A DNA stretch of 64,000 bases from positions 133,734,001 through 133,798,000 of the forward strand of contig OZ024743.1 of assembly GCA_964016885.1 (NCBI GenBank). The letters run 5' to 3'. Shown here piece after piece: positions 1 through 12,700 of the stretch (the stretch's first letter is position 1; each line of letters opens with the position of its first letter). Both the position numbers and the translations under genes were made by a program. The stretch comes from Eledone cirrhosa. Its lineage: Eukaryota. The notes beneath the pieces are model-generated. The model was not told the DNA's origin and did not search any database. It worked only from the letters and a program-made list of their open reading frames with translations.

Positions 1-1743
1 TGGTCTTTAGTCTTTGGTGCTTGTTGTTTGGTGCTTGGTGCTTGGTGTTTGGTGCTTGGTGCTTGTTGTTTGGTGATTTGTGCTTGGTGCTTGGTGTTTG
101 GTGTTTGGTGCTTGGGTCTTGGTGTTTGGTGCTGCGTGGTTGGTGCTTGGTGCTTGGTGCTTGGTGTTTTGTGTTTGGTGTTTGATGCTTGGTGTTTGGT
201 GTTTGGTGTTTGGTGCTTGGTGCTTGGTGTTTGGTGTTTGATGCTTGGTGCTTGATGCTTGGTGCTTGGTGTTTGGTGCTTGTTGTTTGTACTTGGTGCT
301 TGGTGCTTGGTGTTTGGTGCTTGGTGTTTGGTGCTTGGCGTTTGGTGTTTGCTGTTTGCTGTTTGCTGTTTGGTATTTGCTGTTTGGTGTTTGGTGTTTG
401 CTGTTTGGTGTTTAATGTTTGGTGTTTGGTGCTTGCTGTTTGGTGCTTGGTGTTTGGTGCTTGGTGTTTGGTGTTTGGTGTTTGGTGTTTGGTGCTTGGT
501 GCTTGGGGCTTGGTGTTTGGTGCTTGGTGCTTGGTGCTTGGTGTTTGGTGTTTGGTGCTTGGTGTTTGGTGCTTGCTGTTTGGTGCTTGGTGCTGGGTGT
601 TTGGTGCTTGGTGTTTGGTGCATGGTGCTTGGTGCTTGGTGTTTGTCGCTTGGTGCTTGGTGCTTGGTGTTGGTGCTTGGTGTTTGGTGTTTGGTGCTTG
701 GTGCTTGGTTTTTGGTGTTTGGTGCTTGGTGTTTGGTGCTTGGTGCTTGGTGTTTGTTGCTTGGTACTTGGTGCATGGTGTTTGGTGCTGGGTGCTTGGT
801 GTTTGGTGCTTGGTGTTTGGTGCTTGGTGCTTGGTGTTTGGTGTTTGGTGTTTGATGCTTGGTGTTTGATGCTTGGTGCTTGGTGCTTGGTGTTTGGTGC
901 TTGGTGTTTGTACTTGGTGCTTGGTGTTTTGTGCTTGGTTCTTTGTGTTTGGTGTTTGGTGCTTGGTGCTTGGTGTTAGGTGTTTGGTGCTTGGTGCTTG
1001 GTGTTTGGTGTTTGGTCCTTGGTGCTTGGTGTTTAGTGCTTGGTGCTTGGAGTTTGTTGTTTGGTGCTTTCTGCTTGCTGCTTGGTGTTTGGTGGTTGGT
1101 GGTTGGTGCTTGGTGTATGGTGTTTGGTGCTAGGTGCTTGGTGTTTGGTGTTTGGTGTTTGATGCTTGGTGTTTGGTGCTTGGTGTTTGGTGTTTTGTGC
1201 TTGGTGCTTGGGGCTTGGTGTTTAGTGCTTGGTGCTTGGTGCTTGGTGTTTGGTGCTTGGTGCTTGGTGTTTGGTGTTTGGTGCTTGGTGCTTGGTGTTT
1301 GGTGCTTGGTGCTTGGTGCTGGGTGGTTGGTATTTGGTGCTTGGTGCTTGGTGTTTGGTGCTTGGTGCTTGGTGCTTGGTGTTTGGTGCTTGGTGCTTGG
1401 TGCTTGGTCTTTGGTGCTTGGTGTTTGGTGCTTGGTGCTTGGTGCTTGGTGTTTGGTGCTTGGTGATTAGTGTTTGGTGCTTGGTGCTTGGGGTTTGGTG
1501 TTTGGTGCTTGGTACTTGGTGTTTGGTGCTTGGTGTTTGGTGTTTGCTGTTTGGTGTTTGGTGTTTGGTGTTTGCTGTTTGCTTTTTGGTGTTTGGTGTT
1601 TGCTGTATGGTGTTTGCTGTTTGGTGTTTGGTGTTTGCTGTTTGGTGTTTGGTGTTTGCTGTTTGGTGCTTGGTGCTTGGTGTTTGGTGTTTGGTGCTTG
1701 GTGCTTGGTGTTTGGTGTTTGTTGCTTGGTGCTTGGTGCTTGG

Positions 1744-4700
1744 TGTTTGGTGTTTGGTGTTTGGTGCTTGGTGTCTGGTGCTTGGTGTTTGGTGTTTGGT
1801 GTTTGGTGCTTGGTGTTTGGTGTTTGGTGTTTGGTGCTTGGTGTTTGGTGTTTGGTGTTTGGTGTTTGGTGCTTGTTGCTTGGTGCTTGGTGCTTGGTGT
1901 TTGGTGCTTGGTGCTTGGTGTTTGTTGCTGGGTGCTTGGTGTTTGGTGCTTGGTGCTTGGTGCTTGGTGTTTGGTGTTTGGTGCTTGGTGCTTGGTGTTT
2001 GGTGTTTGGTGTTATATGCTTGGTGTTTGATGCTTGGTGCTTGGTGCTTGGTATTTGGTGTTTGGTGTTTCGTGCTTGGTGTTTGATGCTTGGTGCTTGG
2101 TCCTTGGTGTTTGGTGCTTGGTGCTTGGTGTTTGTACTTGGTGCTTGGTGCTTGGTTCTTGGTGCTTGGTGCTTGGTGCTTGGTGCTTTGTGCTTGGTCT
2201 TTGGTGCTTGGTGTTTGGTGCTTGGTGTTTGGTGCTTGGTGCCTGGTGCTTGGTGCTTGGTGCTTGGTGTTTGGTGCTTGGTGTTTGGTGCTTGGTGTTC
2301 GGTGTTTGGTGCTTGGTGCTTGGTGTTTGGTGTTTGGTGCTTGGTGTTTGGTGCTTGGTGCTTGGTGTTTGGTGTTTGGTGCTTGGTGTTTGGTGCTTGG
2401 TACTTGGTGCTTGGTGCTTGGTGTTAGGTGTTTGGTGCTTGGTGCTTGGTGTTTGGTTTTTGGTGATTGTTGCTTGGTGTTTGGTGTTTGGTGCTTGCTG
2501 CTGGCTGCTTGGTGTTTGGTGCTTGGTGATTGGTGCTTGGTGTTTGGTGCTTGGTGTTTGGTGTTTGGTACTAGGTGCTTGGTGATTGGTGTTTGGCGCT
2601 TGGTGCTTGGTGTTTGGTGTTTGGTGTTTGGTGCTTGCTGCTTGGTGCTTGGTGCTGGGTGGTTGGTGTTTGGTGCTTGGTGATTAGTGTTTGGTGCTAG
2701 GTGCTTGGGGTTTGGTGTTTGGTGCTTGGTGCTTGGTGTTTGGTGCTTGGTGCTTGGTGTTTGGTGCTTGGTGCTTGGTGTTTGGTGTTTGCTGTTTGCT
2801 GTTTGGTGTTTGTTGTTTGGTGTTTGTTGTTTGGTGTTTGCTGTTTGGTGTTTGGTATTTGGTGTTTGCTGTTTGGTGTCTGCTTTTTGGTGTTTGGTGT
2901 TTGCTGTATGTTGTTTGCTGTTTGGTGTTTGGTGTTTGGTGTTTGGTGTTTGGTGCTTGGTGCTTGGTGTTTGGTGCTTGGTGCTTGGTGTTTGGTGCCT
3001 GGTGCTTGGTACTTGGTGTTTGGTGTTTGGTGCTTGGTGCTTGGTGCTTGGAGTTTGGTGTTTGGTGCTTGGTGCTTGGTGTTTTGTGTTTGGTGTTTGG
3101 TTTTTGGTGCTTGATGCTTGGTGCTTGGTGCTTAGTCCTTGGTGTTTGGTGCTTGGTGCTTGGTGTTTGTACTTGGTGCTTTGTGCTTGGTGTTTGGTTC
3201 TTGGTTCTTGGTGTTTGGTACTTGGTGCTTGGTGCTTGGTGCTTGGTGTTAGGTGTTTGGTGCTTGGTGCTTGGTGTTTGGTGCTTGGTGTTTGCTGTCT
3301 GGTGTTTGGTGTTTGGTGTTTGGTGTTTGCTGTTTGGTGTCTGCTTTTTGGTGTTTGGTGTTTGCTGTATGGTGTTTGCTGTTTGGTGTTTGGTGCTTCG
3401 TGTTTGGTGTTTGGTCTTTGGTGCTTGGTGTCTGGTGCTTGATGTTTGGTGTTTGGTGTTTGGTGCTTGGTGCTTGGTGTTTGGTGCTTGGTGCTTGGTG
3501 TTTGTACTTGGTGCTTGGTGCTTGGTGTTTGGTGCTTGGTTCTTGGTGTTTGGTGCTTGGTGTTTGGTGCTTGGTGCTTGGTGTTTGGTGCTTGGTGCTT
3601 GGTGTTTGGTGTTTGGTGCTAGGTGCTTGGTGCTTGGTGTTAGGTGTTTGGTGCTTGGTGCTTGGTGTTTAGTGTTTGGTTCTTGGTGCTTGGTATTTGG
3701 TGCTTGGTGCTTGCTGCTTGGTGTTTGGTGCTTGGTGATTGATGCTTGGTGTTTGGTGCTTGGTGCCCAGTGTTTGGTTTTTGGTGCTAGGTGCTTGGTG
3801 CATGGTGTTTGGTGCTTGGTGTTTGGTGTTTGGTGGTTGGTGCTTGGGGTTTGGTGTTTGGTACTTGGTGCTTGGTGCTTGGTGTTTGGTGCTTGGTGCT
3901 TGGTGTTTGGTGTTTGGTGCTTGGTGCTTGGTATTTGGTGCTTGGTGCTTGGTGTTTGGTGTTTGGTGCTTGGTGCTTGGTGTTTGGTGCTTGGTGCTTG
4001 GTGCTTGTTGTTTGGTGATTGGTGCTTGGTGCTTGGTGTTTGGTGTTTGGTGCTTGGGGCTTGGTTTTTGGTGCTGCGTGCTTGGTGCTTGGTGCTTGGT
4101 GCTTGGTGCTTGGTGCTTGGTGTTTGATGCTTGGTGTTTGATGCTTTGTGTTTGGTGTTTGGTGTTTGGTGCTTGGTGTTTGGTGTTTGATGCTTGGTGC
4201 TTGATGCTTTGTGCTTGGTGCTTGGTGTTTGGTGCTTGGTGCTTGGTGTTTGGTGTTTGGTGCTTGGTGCTTGGTGTTTGGTGCTTGGTGCTTGGTGCTT
4301 GTTGTTTGATGATTGGTACTTGGTACTTGGTGTTTGGTGTTTGGTGCTTGGGGCTTGGTGTTTGGTGCTGCGTGCTTGGTGCTTGATGCTTGGTGCTTGG
4401 TGCTTGGTGTTTTGTGTTTGGTGTTTGATGCTTGGTGCTTGGTGTTTGGTGTTTGGTGCTTGGTGTTTGGTGTTTGCTGTTTGCTGTTTGCTGTTTGGTG
4501 TTTGCTGTTTGGTGTTTGGTGTTTGGTGTTTGCTGTTTGGTGTTTGTTGTTTGGTGTTTGGTGCTTGCTGTTTGGTGCTTGGTGTTTGGTGCTTGGTGCT
4601 TGGTGTTTGGTGTTTGGTGTTTGGTGCTTGGTGCTTGGGGCTTGATTTGGTGCTTGGTGCTTGGTGCTTGGTGTTTGGTGTTTGGTGCTTGGTGTTTGGT

Positions 4701-7700
4701 GCTTGGTGCTTGGTGCTGGGTGTTTGGTGCTTGGTGTTTGGTGCATGGTGCTTGGTGCTTGTTGTTTGTCACTTGTTGCTTGGTGCTTGGTGTTTGGTGC
4801 TTGGTGCTTGGTGTTTGGTGTTTGGTGCTTGGTGCTTGGTGTTTGGTGTTTGGTGCTTGGTGTTTGGTGTTTGGTGCTTGGTGCTTGGTGTTTGCTGCTT
4901 GGTACTTGGTGCATGGTGTTTGGTGCTGGGTGCTTGGTGTTTGGTGCTTGGTGTTTGGTGCTTGGTGCTTGGTGTTTGGTGTTTGGTGTTTGATGCTTGG
5001 TGTTTTATGCTTGGTGCTTGGTGTTTGGTGCTTGGTGTTTGTACTTGGTGCTTGGTGCTTGGTGTTTTGTGCTTGGTTCTTGGTGTTTGGTGTTTGGTGC
5101 TTGGTACTTGGTGCTTGGTGTTAGGTGTTTGGTGCTTGGTGCTTGGTGTTTGGTGTTTGGTCCTTGGTGCTTGGTGCTTGGTGTTTAGTGCTTGGTGCTT
5201 GGTGTTTGTTGTTTGGTGCTTTCTGCTTGCTGCTTGGTGTTTGCTGCGTGGTGCTTGGTGCTTGGTGTTTGGTGTTTGGTGCTAGGTGCTTGGTGTTTGG
5301 TGTTTGGTGTTTGATGCTTGGTGTTTGGTGCTTGGTGTTTGGTGCTTGGTGCTTGGGGCTTGGTGTTTGGTGCTTGGTGCTTGGTGCTTGGTGTTTGGTG
5401 CTTGGTGTTTGGTGTTTGGTGTTTGATGCTTGGTGTTTGGTGCTTGGTGTTTGGTGCTTGGCGCTTGGGGCTTGGTGTTTGGTGTTTGGTGCTTGGTGCT
5501 TGGTGTTTGGTGCTTGGTGCTTGGTGCTGGGTGGTTGGTATTTGGTGCTTGGTGCTTGGTGTTTGGTGCTTGGTGCTTGGTGCTTGGTGTTTGGTGTTTG
5601 GTGCTTGGTGCTTGGTCTTTGGTGCTTGGTGTTTGGTGTTTGGTGCTTGGTGCTTTGTGTTTGGTGCTTGGTGATTAGTGTTTGGTGCTTGGTGCTTGGG
5701 GTTTGGTGTTTGGTGCTTGGTACTTGGTGTTTGGTGCTTGGTGTTTGGTGTTTGCTGTTTGGTGTTTGGTGTTTGGTGCTTGGTGTCTGGTGCTTGGTGT
5801 TTGGTGTTTGGTGTTTGGTGCTTGGTGTTTGGTGTTTGGTGTTTGGTGCTTGGTGTTTGGTGTTTGGTGTTTGGTGTTTGGTGCTTGTTGCTTGGTGCTT
5901 GGTGCTTGGTGTTTGGTGCTTGGTGCTTGGTGTTTGTTGCTGGGTGCTTGGTGTTTGGTGCTTGGTGCTTGGTGCTTGGTGTTTGGTGTTTGGTGCTTGG
6001 TGCTTGGTGTTTGGTGTTTGGTGTTATATGCTTGGTGTTTGATGCTTGGTGCTTGGTGCTTGGTATTTGGTGTTTGGTGTTTCGTGCTTGGTGTTTGATG
6101 CTTGGTGCTTGGTCCTTGGTGTTTGGTGCTTGGTGCTTGGTGTTTGTACTTGGTGCTTGGTGCTTGGTTCTTGGTGCTTGGTGCTTGGTGCTTGGTGCTT
6201 TGTGCTTGGTCTTTGGTGCTTGGTGTTTGGTGCTTGGTGTTTGGTGCTTGGTGCCTGGTGCTTGGTGCTTGGTGCTTGGTGTTTGGTGCTTGGTGTTTGG
6301 TGCTTGGTGTTCGGTGTTTGGTGCTTGGTGCTTGGTGTTTGGTGTTTGGTGCTTGGTGTTTGGTGCTTGGTGCTTGGTGTTTGGTGTTTGGTGCTTGGTG
6401 TTTGGTGCTTGGTACTTGGTGCTTGGTGCTTGGTGTTAGGTGTTTGGTGCTTGGTGCTTGGTGTTTGGTTTTTGGTGATTGTTGCTTGGTGTTTGGTGTT
6501 TGGTGCTTGCTGCTGGCTGCTTGGTGTTTGGTGCTTGGTGATTGGTGCTTGGTGTTTGGTGCTTGGTGTTTGGTGTTTGGTACTAGGTGCTTGGTGATTG
6601 GTGTTTGGCGCTTGGTGCTTGGTGTTTGGTGTTTGGTGTTTGGTGCTTGCTGCTTGGTGCTTGGTGCTGGGTGGTTGGTGTTTGGTGCTTGGTGATTAGT
6701 GTTTGGTGCTAGGTGCTTGGGGTTTGGTGTTTGGTGCTTGGTGCTTGGTGTTTGGTGCTTGGTGCTTGGTGTTTGGTGCTTGGTGCTTGGTGTTTGGTGT
6801 TTGCTGTTTGCTGTTTGGTGTTTGTTGTTTGGTGTTTGTTGTTTGGTGTTTGCTGTTTGGTGTTTGGTATTTGGTGTTTGCTGTTTGGTGTCTGCTTTTT
6901 GGTGTTTGGTGTTTGCTGTATGTTGTTTGCTGTTTGGTGTTTGGTGTTTGGTGTTTGGTGTTTGGTGCTTGGTGCTTGGTGTTTGGTGCTTGGTGCTTGG
7001 TGTTTGGTGCCTGGTGCTTGGTACTTGGTGTTTGGTGTTTGGTGCTTGGTGCTTGGTGCTTGGAGTTTGGTGTTTGGTGCTTGGTGCTTGGTGTTTTGTG
7101 TTTGGTGTTTGGTTTTTGGTGCTTGATGCTTGGTGCTTGGTGCTTAGTCCTTGGTGTTTGGTGCTTGGTGCTTGGTGTTTGTACTTGGTGCTTTGTGCTT
7201 GGTGTTTGGTTCTTGGTTCTTGGTGTTTGGTACTTGGTGCTTGGTGCTTGGTGCTTGGTGTTAGGTGTTTGGTGCTTGGTGCTTGGTGTTTGGTGCTTGG
7301 TGTTTGCTGTCTGGTGTTTGGTGTTTGGTGTTTGGTGTTTGCTGTTTGGTGTCTGCTTTTTGGTGTTTGGTGTTTGCTGTATGGTGTTTGCTGTTTGGTG
7401 TTTGGTGCTTCGTGTTTGGTGTTTGGTCTTTGGTGCTTGGTGTCTGGTGCTTGATGTTTGGTGTTTGGTGTTTGGTGCTTGGTGCTTGGTGTTTGGTGCT
7501 TGGTGCTTGGTGTTTGTACTTGGTGCTTGGTGCTTGGTGTTTGGTGCTTGGTTCTTGGTGTTTGGTGCTTGGTGTTTGGTGCTTGGTGCTTGGTGTTTGG
7601 TGCTTGGTGCTTGGTGTTTGGTGTTTGGTGCTAGGTGCTTGGTGCTTGGTGTTAGGTGTTTGGTGCTTGGTGCTTGGTGTTTAGTGTTTGGTTCTTGGTG

Positions 7701-9790
7701 CTTGGTATTTGGTGCTTGGTGCTTGCTGCTTGGTGTTTGGTGCTTGGTGATTGATGCTTGGTGTTTGGTGCTTGGTGCCCAGTGTTTGGTTTTTGGTGCT
7801 AGGTGCTTGGTGCATGGTGTTTGGTGCTTGGTGTTTGGTGTTTGGTGGTTGGTGCTTGGGGTTTGGTGTTTGGTACTTGGTGCTTGGTGCTTGGTGTTTG
7901 GTGCTTGGTGCTTGGTGTTTGGTGTTTGGTGCTTGGTGCTTGGTATTTGGTGCTTGGTGCTTGGTGTTTGGTGTTTGGTGCTTGGTGCTTGGTGTTTGGT
8001 GCTTGGTGCTTGGTGCTTGTTGTTTGGTGATTGGTGCTTGGTGCTTGGTGTTTGGTGTTTGGTGCTTGGGGCTTGGTTTTTGGTGCTGCGTGCTTGGTGC
8101 TTGGTGCTTGGTGCTTGGTGCTTGGTGCTTGGTGTTTGATGCTTGGTGTTTGATGCTTTGTGTTTGGTGTTTGGTGTTTGGTGCTTGGTGTTTGGTGTTT
8201 GATGCTTGGTGCTTGATGCTTTGTGCTTGGTGCTTGGTGTTTGGTGCTTGGTGCTTGGTGTTTGGTGTTTGGTGCTTGGTGCTTGGTGTTTGGTGCTTGG
8301 TGCTTGGTGCTTGTTGTTTGATGATTGGTACTTGGTACTTGGTGTTTGGTGTTTGGTGCTTGGGGCTTGGTGTTTGGTGCTGCGTGCTTGGTGCTTGATG
8401 CTTGGTGCTTGGTGCTTGGTGTTTTGTGTTTGGTGTTTGATGCTTGGTGCTTGGTGTTTGGTGTTTGGTGCTTGGTGTTTGGTGTTTGCTGTTTGCTGTT
8501 TGCTGTTTGGTGTTTGCTGTTTGGTGTTTGGTGTTTGGTGTTTGCTGTTTGGTGTTTGTTGTTTGGTGTTTGGTGCTTGCTGTTTGGTGCTTGGTGTTTG
8601 GTGCTTGGTGCTTGGTGTTTGGTGTTTGGTGTTTGGTGCTTGGTGCTTGGGGCTTGATTTGGTGCTTGGTGCTTGGTGCTTGGTGTTTGGTGTTTGGTGC
8701 TTGGTGTTTGGTGCTTGGTGCTTGGTGCTGGGTGTTTGGTGCTTGGTGTTTGGTGCATGGTGCTTGGTGCTTGTTGTTTGTCACTTGTTGCTTGGTGCTT
8801 GGTGTTTGGTGCTTGGTGCTTGGTGTTTGGTGTTTGGTGCTTGGTGCTTGGTGTTTGGTGTTTGGTGCTTGGTGTTTGGTGTTTGGTGCTTGGTGCTTGG
8901 TGTTTGCTGCTTGGTACTTGGTGCATGGTGTTTGGTGCTGGGTGCTTGGTGTTTGGTGCTTGGTGTTTGGTGCTTGGTGCTTGGTGTTTGGTGTTTGGTG
9001 TTTGATGCTTGGTGTTTTATGCTTGGTGCTTGGTGTTTGGTGCTTGGTGTTTGTACTTGGTGCTTGGTGCTTGGTGTTTTGTGCTTGGTTCTTGGTGTTT
9101 GGTGTTTGGTGCTTGGTACTTGGTGCTTGGTGTTAGGTGTTTGGTGCTTGGTGCTTGGTGTTTGGTGTTTGGTCCTTGGTGCTTGGTGCTTGGTGTTTAG
9201 TGCTTGGTGCTTGGTGTTTGTTGTTTGGTGCTTTCTGCTTGCTGCTTGGTGTTTGCTGCGTGGTGCTTGGTGCTTGGTGTTTGGTGTTTGGTGCTAGGTG
9301 CTTGGTGTTTGGTGTTTGGTGTTTGATGCTTGGTGTTTGGTGCTTGGTGTTTGGTGCTTGGTGCTTGGGGCTTGGTGTTTGGTGCTTGGTGCTTGGTGCT
9401 TGGTGTTTGGTGCTTGGTGTTTGGTGTTTGGTGTTTGATGCTTGGTGTTTGGTGCTTGGTGTTTGGTGCTTGGCGCTTGGGGCTTGGTGTTTGGTGTTTG
9501 GTGCTTGGTGCTTGGTGTTTGGTGCTTGGTGCTTGGTGCTGGGTGGTTGGTATTTGGTGCTTGGTGCTTGGTGTTTGGTGCTTGGTGCTTGGTGCTTGGT
9601 GTTTGGTGTTTGGTGCTTGGTGCTTGGTCTTTGGTGCTTGGTGTTTGGTGTTTGGTGCTTGGTGCTTTGTGTTTGGTGCTTGGTGATTAGTGTTTGGTGC
9701 TTGGTGCTTGGGGTTTGGTGTTTGGTGCTTGGTACTTGGTGTTTGGTGCTTGGTGTTTGGTGTTTGCTGTTTGGTGTTTGGTGTTTGGTG
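1744..9790. repeat. Higher-order tandem duplication, period 4012 bp (2 copies, ~1744-5778 and ~5756-9790; 574 monomers)
   Basis: Identical ORF translations recur at exactly +4012 (2034/6046, 2691/6703, 3669/7681, 4194/8206, 5430/9442). The GTGTCTGG marker sits at 1775 and 5787, and TGCCCAGTG at ~3764 and ~7776. 574x7 minus four 6-bp units and one 5-bp unit gives 4012. Confidence 0.95.
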
Positions 9791-12700
9791 TTTGCTGTAT
9801 GGTGTTTGCTGTTTCGTGTTTGGTGTTTGCTGTTTGGTGTTTGGTGTTTGCTGTTTGGTGTTTGGTCTTTGGTGCTTGGTGTTTGGTGCTTGGTGCTTGG
9901 TGTTTGGTGTTTGGTGCTTGGTGTTTGGTGTTTGGTGCTTGGTGCTTGGTGCTTGGTGTTTGGTGTTTGGTGTTTGGTGCTTGGTGTCTGGTGCTTGGTG
10001 TTTGGTGTTTGGTGTTTGGTGCTTGGTGTTTGGTGTTTGGTGTTTGGTGTTTGGTGCTTGTTGCTTGGTACTTGGTGCTTGGTGTTTGGTGCTTGGTGCT
10101 TGGTGTTTGGTGCTGGGTGCTTGGTGTTTGGTGCTTGGTGCTTGGTGCTTGGTGTTTGGAGTTTGGTGCTTGGTGCTTGTTGCTTGGTGTTTGGTGTTTG
10201 GTGCTTGGTGTTTTATGCTTGGTGTTTGATGTTTGGTGCTTGGTGCTTGGTGTTTGGTGCTTGGTGCTTGGTGTTTGTACTTGGTGCTTGGTGCTTGGTT
10301 CTTGGTGCTTGGTGCTTGGTGCTTGGTGCTTGGTGTTTGGTGCTTGGTGTTTGGTGCTTGGTGTTTGGTGCTTGGTGCCTGGTGCTTGGTGCTTGGTGTT
10401 TGGTGTTTGGTGCTTGGTGTTTGGTGGTTAGTGCTTGGTGTTTGGTGTTTGGTGCTTGGTGCCTGGTGCTTGTTGTTTTGTGTTTGGTGCTTGGTGCTTA
10501 ATGTTTGGTGTTTGGTGCTTGGTGTCTGGTGTTTGGTTCTTGGTGTTTGGTGTTTGGTGCTTGGTGCTTGGTGTTTGGTGTTTGGTGCTTGGTGCTTGGT
10601 GTTTGGTGTTTGGTGCTTGGTGTTTGGTGTTTGGTGTTTGGTGTTTGATGCTTGGAGTTTGATGCTTGGTGCTTGGTGTTTGGTGCTTGGTGCTTGGTGT
10701 TTGTACTTGGTGCTTGGTGCTTGGTGTTTGGTGCTTGGTTCTTGGTGTTTGGTGCTTGGTGTTTGGTGCTTGGTGCTTGGTGTTTGGTGTTTGGTGCTTG
10801 GTGTTTGGTGCTTGGTGCTTGGTGGTTGGTGTTTGGTGCTTGGTGCCTGGTGCATGGTGTTTGGTGCTTGATGCTTGGTGTTTGGTGTTTGGTGCTTGGT
10901 GTTTGGTGATTGGTGCTTGGTGCTTGGTGCTTGGTGCTTGGTGTTTGGTGTTTGGTGCTTGCTGCTTGCTGCTTGGTGTTTGGTGCCTGGTGATTGGTGC
11001 TTGGTGTTTGGTGCTTGGTATTAGGTGTTTGGTGCTTGGTGCTTGGTGTTTGGTGTTTGGTGCTTGGTGTTTGGTGCTTGGTGCTTGGTGTTTGGTGTTT
11101 GGTGCTTGGTGTTTGGTGCTTGGTACTTGGTGCTTGGTGCTTGGTGTTAGGTGTTTGGTGCTTGGTGCTTGGTGTTTGGTTTTTGGTGCTTGGTGCTTGG
11201 TGTTTGGTGTTTGGTGCTTGCTGCTGGCTGCTTGGTGTTTGGTGCTTGGTGATTGGTGCTTGGTGCTTGGTGTTTGGTGCTTGGTGCTTGGTGTTTGGTG
11301 TTTGGTGCTTGGTGCTTGGTGTTTGGTGCTTGGTGCTGGGTGCTGGGTGGTTGGTGTTTGGTGTTTGGTGTTTGGTGCTGGGTGCTTGGTGTTTGGTGCT
11401 TGGTGCTTGGTCTTTGGTCTTTGGTGTTTGGTGTTTGGTGCTTGGTACTTGGTGCTTGGTGTTTGGTGCTTGGTGCTTGGTGTTTGGTGCTTGGTGTTTG
11501 ATGCTTTGTGTTTGGTGTTTGGTGTTTGGTGCTTGGTGTTTGGTGTTTGATGCTTGGTGCTTGATGCTTTGTGCTTGGTGCTTGGTGTTTGGTGCTTGGT
11601 GCTTGGTGTTTGGTGTTTGGTGCTTGGTGCTTGGTGTTTGGTGCTTGGTGCTTGGTGCTTGTTGTTTGATGATTGGTACTTGGTACTTGGTGTTTGGTGT
11701 TTGGTGCTTGGGGCTTGGTGTTTGGTGCTGCGTGCTTGGTGCTTGATGCTTGGTGCTTGGTGCTTGGTGTTTTGTGTTTGGTGTTTGATGCTTGGTGCTT
11801 GGTGTTTGGTGTTTGGTGCTTGGTGTTTGGTGTTTGCTGTTTGCTGTTTGCTGTTTGGTGTTTGCTGTTTGGTGTTTGGTGTTTGGTGTTTGCTGTTTGG
11901 TGTTTGTTGTTTGGTGTTTGGTGCTTGCTGTTTGGTGCTTGGTGTTTGGTGCTTGGTGCTTGGTGTTTGGTGTTTGGTGTTTGGTGCTTGGTGCTTGGGG
12001 CTTGATTTGGTGCTTGGTGCTTGGTGCTTGGTGTTTGGTGTTTGGTGCTTGGTGTTTGGTGCTTGGTGCTTGGTGCTGGGTGTTTGGTGCTTGGTGTTTG
12101 GTGCATGGTGCTTGGTGCTTGTTGTTTGTCACTTGTTGCTTGGTGCTTGGTGTTTGGTGCTTGGTGCTTGGTGTTTGGTGTTTGGTGCTTGGTGCTTGGT
12201 GTTTGGTGTTTGGTGCTTGGTGTTTGGTGTTTGGTGCTTGGTGCTTGGTGTTTGCTGCTTGGTACTTGGTGCATGGTGTTTGGTGCTGGGTGCTTGGTGT
12301 TTGGTGCTTGGTGTTTGGTGCTTGGTGCTTGGTGTTTGGTGTTTGGTGTTTGATGCTTGGTGTTTTATGCTTGGTGCTTGGTGTTTGGTGCTTGGTGTTT
12401 GTACTTGGTGCTTGGTGCTTGGTGTTTTGTGCTTGGTTCTTGGTGTTTGGTGTTTGGTGCTTGGTACTTGGTGCTTGGTGTTAGGTGTTTGGTGCTTGGT
12501 GCTTGGTGTTTGGTGTTTGGTCCTTGGTGCTTGGTGCTTGGTGTTTAGTGCTTGGTGCTTGGTGTTTGTTGTTTGGTGCTTTCTGCTTGCTGCTTGGTGT
12601 TTGCTGCGTGGTGCTTGGTGCTTGGTGTTTGGTGTTTGGTGCTAGGTGCTTGGTGTTTGGTGTTTGGTGTTTGATGCTTGGTGTTTGGTGCTTGGTGTTT

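Noticed and set aside
976-982. TTAGG motifs suggesting arthropod-type telomeric repeats
   Set aside because: They are isolated single-substitution variants (T-TAGGTGT) and are never tandem.
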